From the NCBI RefSeq assembly GCF_963921235.1, contig NC_086097.1, positions 102,116,001 through 102,180,000 on the forward strand: a stretch of DNA of 64,000 nucleotides, given 5' to 3'. Made by a program: the position numbers and the translations under genes. Positions 54,257 to 64,000 of the stretch are shown here, one piece after another. Positions within the stretch are counted from its first letter, which is position 1, and every line of letters begins with the position of its first letter. The notes beneath the pieces were generated by a model. The model was not told the origin of the DNA. It saw only the letters and a list, made by a program, of their open reading frames with translations, and ran no database searches. The DNA comes from Mobula hypostoma. Lineage: Eukaryota.

Positions 54257-54385
54257 AGCATTCTTCCTTTTCCCTTCCCCCACCGCAAACAGATCTTCTC
54301 TACTCACTGAGTTCTTCCAACAGATTGTCTGTAGTATTTTGTGTCTGAACTTTTACAGGTCCTTTCATAACCTACTAGGCATTAC

Positions 54386-54535
54386 CTTTCTGTCGATTGT
54401 GCTCGACTCATCCACGGTTTTACTGTCTGTGGTGGACACGTCACCAAATATCAGTGTTCCATTCTTGCCAATTTTCACCTGCTTTTTGTATGTATAGTAA
54501 AACTCCACACACTGGGCTACGGTCTTTGTTTTCAC
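54386..54535 (-). CDS. MIDEAS: MIDEAS exon, SANT C-part: VKTKTVAQCVEFYYTYKKQVKIGKNGTLIFGDVSTTDSKTVDESSTIDRK
   Basis: tttctacag| acceptor and |gtaatg donor, 150 nt. FYYTYKKQVKIGxNGTL distinguishes MIDEAS from TRERF1 (YYYTWKKIMRLG, as recalled). Confidence 0.94.
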
Positions 54536-54989
54536 CTGTAGAAATCAATGGGGGGGGGGGGAGGACAGTTCAGTGAATTTGTTAGCACCTATTGTGTCCT
54601 TAAATGTTGGTATCACTCTCTTGCTATTCCCATAGCACTGTGAATTTCTTTTTTTTTAAATTATACATCCAACATTGTTGAAGGTTTCTGCTGAATCTAC
54701 TTGCTTCAACCCTTCGAGTAATGCATTCCAGATTACCACTACGAAGTATTTTTATTTGTATCACTGACCAGACTGCTAATGAGAACAGAATCTGGAATAA
54801 AGCTAAACATCCTAGTAAAACACTCCCCTAATCTTTGCTACTCAAGGGAAATAGCCCCGGTTTTCTCCAAGATTTCCATTAGCTAAACTCTGGTTTGAGT
54901 AAGTTTTCCCTTAATCTTCACCACTTCCCCGTTTGAACAGCATCACCACAAAGCCTCTCCACTTTAGCAGCACAGAGTTTGGGCCTTAC

Positions 54990-55078
54990 CAGTTTCTGAA
55001 CAAGGAAGAAATCCTTCTTGTGTGCTGTCAGCCCTTTGTTAAACATCGCCTTCTCTCGAGAAGTCCATTTATCTGAAC
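54990..55078 (-). CDS. MIDEAS: MIDEAS exon, SANT N-part: GSDKWTSREKAMFNKGLTAHKKDFFLVQKL
   Basis: ttccacag| acceptor and |gtaagg donor, 89 nt, in phase. KKDFFLVQKL matches the recalled MIDEAS SANT domain. Confidence 0.93.
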
Positions 55079-56221
55079 CTGTGGAACATTAAAGCATATT
55101 GGTGAATGTTTTATAAAGGCAATGTCTACTCAATATAGGGCATAAATTCACCCATAAACTTTTAAAGAACTTTTCAATATAGTAATAACAATATTAATAA
55201 TGTTTCATAATGTTCAATAATGACTGGATACATGTTCAGCAAAGTTAGGATGAATATTCAGTGGAATAATAGGATCATATCAAGTATGTGTGGAACGATA
55301 CAGTATGGGTTACTACAGAAAGTGGATGTTTCTGAGTTATGGACAACTCTCAGGAACTGAGCTGTTCTGTAAACCACTGACTGCCTGCACATGACAGCAG
55401 TAGTGATTCTCACATCTGAATTACTGCTGCCGTTGGTCTGGGCAGCCTTGCAGTCTTTATTTTAATGGTTCTGATTCTGTACTACTGAAGTAGGACTGCT
55501 ATATTGGGCAGGGGGGTTGGTGGTTGGAAGCCAACATTTAAACTTTGTTCATTTGCCAGTGCACTCCCTCTGTTCCTGGTGGAACAAGCAAGGGTTGTGT
55601 CCATGTTTTGGAGTGAGACACGACAGCAGAACAGAGTGGAGAGGCAAGAAGCTGGGAAATGGAGAAGGGGAGTGGTGAGACAGGAGAGGGGAAGGGGGAG
55701 GTGGAGGCAGGAGGATGGTGGATAGAAGCAGAGAGAGCTAGGTGCAGGGGAGGGGTGGTGGAAGGGTGAAGGTGTAGTTAGCTATGGAAGGGAGACAAGC
55801 AGAAACACCACGGTTATCAGTGCATCTGATAAGTAAGGGAGCACCAATGGCTTTTGTATTCCTATTTAGCTGTGTTATTGATGTTGGTTCAGGATGAGAA
55901 TTGGTCAGAACACTAGGAACAATGCTCCTCCTCACATCTTACAGATGTTTCATGTGCTTTTGGACAGACCTCCTTGTACCACATCACAGTGGAGTGGAAG
56001 CCTCGAGGGATGTAATTATCACTCATCAACCATGGCTGATTGCTGTCAACTGGTGCAGTCTGTTGTTAAAGATGTTGAAGACTCACTGTGACAGACAGTA
56101 GCATCACTGCCCGCTTCAGGGACAATCTCATAGTCTCACATGGTTTTTTTTTTGCAACCGGTTTGAGAATGAGTGTGAAAGTAAATGATAGTCAGAATCA
56201 GGGTGTAAAAACTCCACTTAC

Positions 56222-56297
56222 CTGCATAGTGGTAGTTGATCAGTGCCCTGCTCCTTCCTCGTGGACTTTTCCTTAAAAGCAGCATGTTCAGGGCTGC
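56222..56297 (-). CDS. MIDEAS: MIDEAS exon, ELM2-SANT linker: AALNMLLLRKSPRGRSRALINYHYAG
   Basis: ccgttag| acceptor and |gtaagt donor, 76 nt, with a 109-bp intron upstream. YHY(A/T)G motif typical of MIDEAS/TRERF1. Confidence 0.9.
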
Positions 56298-56406
56298 CTA
56301 ACGGATAAAAAGATAACATAGAGATCAAACAGAAATACACACAAAGATAAACATATACATCTTCATAGATGAGAGTCAACAAACAAAGAGACGGAGGTTA
56401 CTTTAC

Positions 56407-56510
56407 CAATATGTTGCCCTTGGCCTCATGCAGACAGTGCAGGGTGAGCTCCTGGTTTGTACCTCCACCTGGCAAAATACTGGAACAGGCCACAGTCATC
56501 AGGTCTTCCA
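56407..56510 (-). CDS. MIDEAS: MIDEAS exon, ELM2 C-part: [35 protein letters not shown]
   Basis: tcttgtag| acceptor and |gtaaag donor, 104 nt, in phase. Matches the family motif CSSxxPGxGTNQELALHCLHE. Confidence 0.93.
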
Positions 56511-58325
56511 CTACAAGACAAACCGGTCGGTGCAAAGGTTAGCAAGAGGAATAACACAATCTCCAAGTGTCTCCAATTGCTCCCTTCCCCTACCCTGACA
56601 CTCCAATCAGCCATTTCCTTACCATGCCTTCCCCTCCCTCAAAGAGGATGCCAGATTGGTCAGATACCAGCCATCAGATTCTGAATGCCCAGCAGCAGAA
56701 GGACACAGAGTCCATGCTGACGGTCAGCCAACTAGGTCTCAATCCTACACTGACCCCACTTTTTATCCTGCCCATATTCTCAATTACTGCCCTTCGATTC
56801 TACCACACACCTTAGGAAAAATGTACAGTGGCCATTTAACTTACTAGCCTGACAATGTGGAAGGAAAGTAGAGCACGACAGCCACAGGGAGAGCTTGTGA
56901 AGTCCACCGGTTGGGACTGAACACAGGTCGGTGATGCTGTTAGTCTGTGGCTCTACCAGCTGTACCATTGTGCTGGAAAGAGGCCACAAAGTCAATGGCA
57001 ATAGATTAGCCTGTCACCGTATCAGCAAAGGCCAGCCCACTCTTCTCCCCATTCTACACTTCCCAGCAGAGGAGACTGGCCAGCAGTTAGAAACGGCTGA
57101 TAGTCGTCACACGTTGCTCCACCCGAAGACCTGTTGTAGGTCTGCCTGCATTACTGCTCTCTATGCTGAGAACGTCAAACTCTGCCCTGACTCAAGATCA
57201 AATGACATCAGTAACTCCGTAATGCTTTAAAAAATGTCTAAATCAAATAAATCTGACACTGAAAAAATGCCGTGGTATATGGGTACGTCACTAAAGTCTT
57301 CGCCCTAGTAGATGCATTTTAAAGATGGAATGAGCGTTTAAAGATGAAATGAAGTAGAGATATATAGGAACAGAGTTCCAGAGCTGCGGGCTGAGGTGAC
57401 TAAACGCACGGTCACCAGTGGAGCAGCAAATCCACCTGGAGATGGTCAGGTGGCTGGGAGTGAATCAGGGACAGCAGAGGAAGGCAGTGTTGGAGCTGAC
57501 TAAAATCGTGTGGTGACATGGGAATAAAGTAATGCCAGTATGACGACGAGATACTTAAATGACAGGGTTCTATCAGATCCGAAGCCACTTGAATTTGGCA
57601 AGTATAGGACTAATTTGTTGCTAGAGTGACATTTATAATCAAATATCTGCAGTATCTACATTAATCTTAATCACTGCCTTCACTGTGTAGCATGAATTTG
57701 TCCCAACGTCACTATCAGTATACGTTCATGGCTGGCTACCACTGTTCGGAATACAAAACACCAAATACACAAACACCATCATTTTCAGCTTATCCAGAGA
57801 ATTAAAGAATGCTGGGGTCAGTGCACCTAGGTGATTCTTAGATAAAAGATTAATCATTAATTTGCCAAATTCCTGTTAATGTACTTGTGTTTTAATTCAT
57901 TAAAGTGCCATTTTGTGAGAACAGATGAAAAGATTATGGTTATCAAGCAATGGAAAAATGAACACTGACACATCTCTATCAGCCAGCAGTTTGGAGGTGA
58001 GCTTCCCAATTATACTCTGAGTAGGTAGTCTAGGTTACCAAAAACAAAGGCAACTCAGCAAACACTCGGCTGAAACTGTACTAACAGTCTCTGTGCCCCG
58101 AGCAGACAGAGAGCTCGAGAGCTAAACGAAGCAGGATTACTTTTCCAGTACACCGTGGACACGGAAGGATAGTTATATAATATCACTCAAAAATAATCAC
58201 AATTACTTGCAACAGTATGATGCAAAAGACTGATTAACAATCTTCATTCTGCTGTGATTTGTGGCATTGCAATATATAAACAAACTGCTTTCTTAATAAT
58301 TTAAAAATTAAATTATAGTTCTCAC

Positions 58326-58468
58326 TTCTTTGTTGGTCAAGCTGATGGTTTTTACGACTCTCCCAGGGCTTGAATACCAGATCAGCGTGGTTGGCATCCA
58401 ACAGAGCCAGGGACTTATCACGTAGTTCGGGTATTTCTGCTTGGAACTGGGGGCCAATGTTGATCCGC
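58326..58468 (-). CDS. MIDEAS: MIDEAS exon, ELM2 N-part: [47 protein letters not shown]
   Basis: ttctttag| acceptor and |gtgag donor, 143 nt. Contains the ELM2 signature RINxGxxFQAEIP. Lies within ORF 58234..58491. Confidence 0.93.
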
Positions 58469-59590
58469 CTAAAGAACAGGACAGAGAACATGCTAAATCA
58501 GTAAGTCACCTTCCAAGCAACCCCAGATCCATCAGCAAAACAAGGGTTTGCATCCTATACTGTCCATACAGCACGAAATGTGTGGCAAGTTTCACTCCAC
58601 AAATCCTATCCATCACAGCTGTATTATACAGTAAACCACATAGATACTGTACTTGCAGTAAAATGGCGGGGTGTTTGAACACAGCAGCTTCTACAGTCAA
58701 CCAAGGGCATTATTGTCTTTTATAATCAAATTTTTTTTACAATTGCAAGTCCCTGCTAGACATTAAAAACCAAGTACTACAGGTCTACCCCATCAGCAGG
58801 TTGTTCATTGGCAGACAAACTTAAAGAGCCGGACTTGGCACGGATCGTGCTACCGCCAGCGTCAGAGAGGTTGGAGGAGCCGCTGCAAAGGCGGTGTGCA
58901 GTCTAACAGCCAGTGATCATCTCAGTCACTTTTTTTGTGATCGCAAGACCCTGCTGGATCTTGTTAATGTGGAAGGCTGCAAGTCTGATTCACTGGTTTA
59001 TTGGCAGACGGCCTCAGTCATAGCAAGGACGAGGCCTCAAGCCACGTGTCGCCTGTTTGCAGCCGCCCAGGAGAACCGGAGGCAGAGTCAGAGGCAGTGA
59101 GCTGCGGCATCCATGCTGGAGTTGGTGCTGCCCCCCAGTGTTCACTTGGCAGAAGACAAGCTGTATTGTATTCAACTGCAGGCTGCTGCAACGTTCGTGG
59201 ACTCAGGGACGTGGACTATAGTTTTTTGTGTGACTCTATTTTACTGCTATCTTGTATGTGCTGTGTGTGCCTTGTGCTGTGTATGACTGTTGGCATGGTG
59301 TTTTGCACCTTGACACTGTTTTGTTTGGCTGCATTCATGTCTGATTGAATGGCAATTAAACCTGAACAAGGTATTTTGGGAGAAACTACATTCTCCCGAG
59401 ATGAACAGGAACAAGGTAACTCACCCTCGACCGCTATTCATCTTTATTGTAGACTGCTTGTGTCCCAACCCTATGCTCCCCATCCTTCCATCACCCAAAC
59501 ACTATCTGTCAAGCATCTCCTGTACCAACAACATACATCAAAGTTGCTGGTGAACGCAGCAGGCCAGGCAGCATCTATAGGAAGAGGCGC

Positions 59591-59626
59591 AGTCGACGTT
59601 TCAGGCCGAGACCCTTCGTCAGGACT
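59591..59626 (-). ncRNA. Minimal type I hammerhead ribozyme motif in a short Penelope terminus (about 59527-59650)
   Basis: Minus strand AGTC-CTGACGA-AGGGTCTCGGCCT-GAAAC-GTC-GACT with intact core. Flanks nearly identical to 48570-48675. Confidence 0.75.
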
Positions 59627-60160
59627 AACTGAAGGAAGAGTGAGTAAGTTTTAACCTCAGAGCTGGGTCCTGTTTGGGTTTTTACCACACAGAGCAAAAT
59701 TTAAGCTAGCGACAAGAAAAACTCAAATTAAAAGCTCCAGAAGGAAATTGTATATGCCAGAATGAAAACAAGATGTTCTCACCCTCTTCGCTCTTTGTGC
59801 ACACCCAATGGAAATAATCCCCATTAACTGATCAAGCCCGAGCACTTCAAGACGCAACAGGCCCATGGTGGAGGAAGTAATACTGAAATATCAGAGTGGT
59901 ACTGGATGGGAACCAAGGCCAAGACAATCATTTTCCTCTGTCTGTGTACACCTGCACAGAGGTGGAGATGTGTAACCGGCAGCTCCACACAGGGGCCACG
60001 AAGACAAAGCTGTAACACAGCATCCACTAAACAACCTAACAAGAACTCGCCAGCTCAGACCTGTGGAAACCGGCTCCTTCTGTTCTGCTGACAACCTCTG
60101 CTTCTCTGTTGTATGTGTAAAATTGGAAAGCCAGCACCCTTTTTTTCCCCTGTTACTTAC

Positions 60161-60227
60161 GGTTCAATGCTTGCAGGTGTGGCTTCATTCATGAGAGGCA
60201 GGACTGGAGGAGGGGTATCTGCACTGT
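60161..60227 (-). CDS. MIDEAS: MIDEAS (ELMSAN1) coding exon just upstream of ELM2: xSADTPPPVLPLMNEATPASIEP
   Basis: Minus strand reads ttttttcag|ACAGTGCAG...ATTGAACC|gtaagt. 67 nt, phase 1 to 2, joins the next exon as CC|G (Pro). Resembles the recalled human segment TPPVLSVMGEATPVSIEP. Confidence 0.88.
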
Positions 60228-60814
60228 CTGAAAAAACAGGAGAAATGGTGTTACAATCATCATTAAAGGGAGAGTGCTGATATCCTTGTGCTCTCAGGTG
60301 GGCAAGAAATGGATGTTCTAAACCTCATATCCCACTTTGTTTGACAGAGTTGTGCTGACAACACCAATCGAACAACATGCTGGAATCAGATATTCACTTG
60401 TTCTTGCACACCTCTTCAGCTGTCTCCAGCCACATCAGCTGTCAGCACCACGCCACTCCACTGACATCGGCTCCATACCATCCCACTTCTGGTCACTGTG
60501 TTAGGGTGTGGAGTACTTAGGCAACAGGTCAGAGGCTTGGCAACTTACTTCCATCCCACCTCTCCCCCTTAACCAAACTTCTGACCAGCTTTCCTAATAT
60601 CTGACAACATTTTGAGACCTAAAAATATACTGAAAATGTATGTTAAACATAAAAAATAGATGCAGGAGTAGGTCATTCGGCCCTTCGAGCCTACACCACT
60701 GTTATTCATAAAGCCACAGAAAGGTTTGAACGCAAAGCTTTAAAGCACAGGACTATACACAAGAAACTATTCTTCTGCTGAAGGTTCCCAGTCTAACAAA
60801 TGAGGTCACAGATG

Positions 60815-63800
60815 ATGCTCTGGAGGACTGGGGAGTGGCTAACGTGGTACCATTGTTTAAAAAAGGTAGCAAAAACAAGACAGGAGATGACAGACTGGCA
60901 AATCGGTCAGTGGTGGATAAACTGCTGGAGGAGATTCTGAAGGAGAGGATCCACCAGCATTTGGAGAGACAGAGTGTGATTCAGGACAGCCTTTGTATGT
61001 GGGAAGTCATGTCTGACAAATCCCTCAGAGTTCTTTGAGGCAGTAATCAAGAGGGTAGATGAGGGTAGGGCAGTGGGGGTTGTATATATGGACTTTAGCA
61101 AAGTTTTTGATGAGGTTCTTCATAAAAATCTAATCTAGAAGCTTAGATAGCATGGGATCGAGAGAAAGATAGCTGATTGGGTTCATAATTAACGCAGTGG
61201 TAGAATTAGAGCAATACAAAACAGATATAGGCCCTTCAGCCCAACAAGTCTATCCAAACGTTGTCCAACTAGCTAGCTCTAAATTTCCTGTGTTTTGCCA
61301 TTTCTCCCCAGGCCTCTAGCCTCAGTGTACCTACCCAAATGATTTTTAAATGATATTATTGTACTTGCCTCATCCATTTCCACAGGCAGCTCATTCCATA
61401 AACGTACCGCACTGAAAAACGTTGCCCTCAGTTGCCCTCTTTCCTCTTTCACCCCAAATCTACACTTAGTTTTGTTGTGATAATCCATCTTACCAATGTC
61501 TCTCTTGCTAAGGTTCTCTTACAAGCAAAAAAAATACAGGCCTAGCTTGGCCAACCACTCTCCATAACGCAGGCCCTCAAATCCTGGCAGCATCCTCAAA
61601 TCCCTTCTCCGTACTTCCCAGTTTAGCCACAACTTTCCTATAACAGGGTGACTATAACAGTATGGCCTCATCAATAACTTATACAACTACAGCATAATGT
61701 CTCAACACCCTGACTGATGAAGGCCAGCATTCTAAACACTTTTTTCATCACTATCTACATATGATGCCATTTTCAAGTGAGTATAACTTGTACTCCTAAG
61801 GCCCTGGGGATTTTTCCACCCTAATTTGCCTCAAGACAGAAGCCAGCTCCTCCTCTGTAATCTGTCTATAGTCCCTGACCTCACTGCTACTTTGCCGCAC
61901 ATCTATAGACTCTGAGTCCATCTCCCAAGTAAATACAGGTGCAAAAAAATCCATTTTGGCTCCATGCTTAGATGGCTACTCTATTCTTCCTTTGCCATCC
62001 TTTTGCTCTTAATATATCTCTGGAAGACCTTGGGATTCACCTTCACCTTGTCTCCTACAGCAACCTCCTGCTTTCTTTTAGCCTCCTCATTTCCTTCTCT
62101 TGCATTTCTTATTCTCCTCAAATAACTCTTCTGCTCCTTCCTGCCTATACCTGCTATTTCTGATACCATCAAAATTGGCCTTTCTCCAATTTAGAATCCC
62201 AAGCCAAGGACCAGACCTATCTTTCTTGACACTAATGGCAGGGTGTTAAAAAACTTACCACTATGTTGCCTGGACTTGAAGGCCTGAATTACAAGGTAAT
62301 TTTATGTAGACCAGGATTTTATTCTCTGGAACGCAGCAGATTGTAGGTTGACAATCCTGAGAGGAGATTGTGGAAAGGGCACGTAATAAGGGTAATGTCC
62401 CAATTGTAATAGGGGACTTCAATATGCAAGGGGATTGGAAAAATCAGGTTGGTATTGGATGACAAGACAGGGAATTTGTTGAGTGCCTATGAGATGGCTT
62501 TTTAGAGCAACCTGTGCTTAAGCCTACTCAGGGAAAGGCCATCTTAGATTGGCTGTTGTGTTATAACACAGATCTTATTAATCAGCTTAACGTAAAGGAA
62601 GCCTCAGGAGGCAGTGATCATAATATGATGGAACTCGTATTGCAATTTGAGAGGGAGAAGCACAAATCATATGTATCAGTATCACAATGGAATAAAGAAT
62701 TACAGAGGCACAAGAGAGTAGATTGCCCAGGTGGATTGGAGGAGAGTACTGGTGGGGATGATGGCAGAGCAAAAGAGATGGCTGAGGTTTCTGGGATTAG
62801 TTCACAAGGCACAGGGTACTTATGCCCCACATAAATTCTCAAATGGCAGGGCTAGGCAACCATGACTGACAAGGGAAGTTAAGGACTGCATAAAAGCCAA
62901 GGAAAGGGCATATAAGGGTAGCAAAAATCGGTAAGAAGTTGGATGATTGGGAAGCTTTTAAAATCCAACAAAAGGCAACTGAAAAAAGCTAAAAGAAGGG
63001 AAAAGACAAAATATGAAGGCAAACAAGCTGATAAAATAAAGCAGGATACCACAAGTTTTTTTCAGTTATATAAAGAATAAAAGGAAAATGAGAGTTAGAC
63101 ATATAGAAACACAGAAAACCTACAGCACAATACAGGCCCTTTGGCAAACAGCATGTTGAGTGTGTTGTTTTGACCCCAGCTTATGCAGGGTATTTTGTGT
63201 TTGGGACTACATCCCAGATTTCTGAAACAGGTTGCTGAAGAGATAATGGATGTATTGGTCATGATTTTTAAAGAATCACTTGACTCTGGCATGATCCTGG
63301 AGGACTGGAAAATTGAAAATGTCACTCCACTCTTTAAGAAGGGAGGAAGACAAAAGAGAGGAAATTATTGGTCAGTTAGCCTAACCTCAGCAGCTAGGAA
63401 AGTGTTGAAGTCTATTATTAAGGATGAGGTTTCAGGATACTTGGAGACTAATGATAAAATAAGTCAAAGTCAGCATGGTTTCTGTAAAGGGAAATCTTGC
63501 CTGACAAATCTAATGAAGAGTTCTTCAAGGAAGTAATAAGCAAGGTGGACAAAGGAGAGTCAGTGGATGTCATTTCCTTGGATATTCAAAAGCTCTTTGA
63601 TAAGGTGCCTCACATGAGGCTGCTTAACAAGATAAACCCAGGGGCGTTACAGGAAAGATACTGGCATGGATAGAGGAAAGGCTCGCGGGCAGGAGGCAGT
63701 GAGTGGGAATAAAGGGGCCTTTTCTATTGGGACTGCTACTTTTCATATTACATAGAAACACAGAAAACCTACAGCACAATACAGGCCCTTCAGCCCACAA

Positions 63801-64000
63801 TGTTGTGCCATACATGTACTTACTTTAGAAATTACCTAGATTTACCCAGAGCTCGCTATTTTTCTAAGCTCCATGTACCTACCTAGGAATCGCTTAAAAG
63901 ACCCTATCGTATCCGCCTCCACCACCATCACTGGCAGCCCATTCCACGCACTCACCACTCACTGCGTATAAAAATTACCCCTGACATCTCCTCTGTCCCT
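60815..64000. mobile_element. Cluster of decayed CR1 fragments (plus 60815-61200, minus 61210-62230, plus 62350-63745, minus 3' end 63750-64000)
   Basis: [40 protein letters not shown] motifs and CR1 tails (CATAGAAA) at about 63100 and 63750. Internal boundaries approximate. Confidence 0.8.

Noticed and set aside
19183..60227. Assignment to TRERF1 or ZNF541
   Set aside because: KKDFFLVQKL, FYYTYKKQVKIGxNGTL and the single terminal finger FPCKKCGxVFYKVKSRSAHMKSH match recalled MIDEAS rather than its paralogues.

Overview
Vertebrate genomic DNA. The CR1/RTE/Rex1/Penelope repeat landscape suggests a cartilaginous fish (inference only). The minus strand carries the last nine coding exons of MIDEAS/ELMSAN1 (ELM2, SANT, acidic tract, C2H2 finger; 60227 down to the stop at 19183). 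All nine have GT-AG junctions and compatible phases, giving about 381 codons; the 5' exons lie beyond the window. The 31-kb intron at 20825-51959 holds a 23.3-kb tandem array of a 42-bp monomer (about 555 copies) with 1009-bp and about 3.1-kb higher-order duplications. The array sits inside an old Penelope-like element, and its monomer aligns to the Penelope RT-to-GIY-YIG linker, so it looks like a satellite born in place from a retroelement. The monomer superficially mimics a type I-E CRISPR repeat but is not CRISPR. A younger Penelope insertion (inverted arms, 11-bp TSD) and several Penelope termini carry minimal hammerhead-ribozyme motifs, three of them in the MIDEAS sense orientation. Bases 1-14 kb are a nested stack of decayed CR1 and RTE LINEs with readable TSDs, including an in-frame CR1/RTE endonuclease chimera. 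All alignments were made by eye and reference proteins were recalled from memory.
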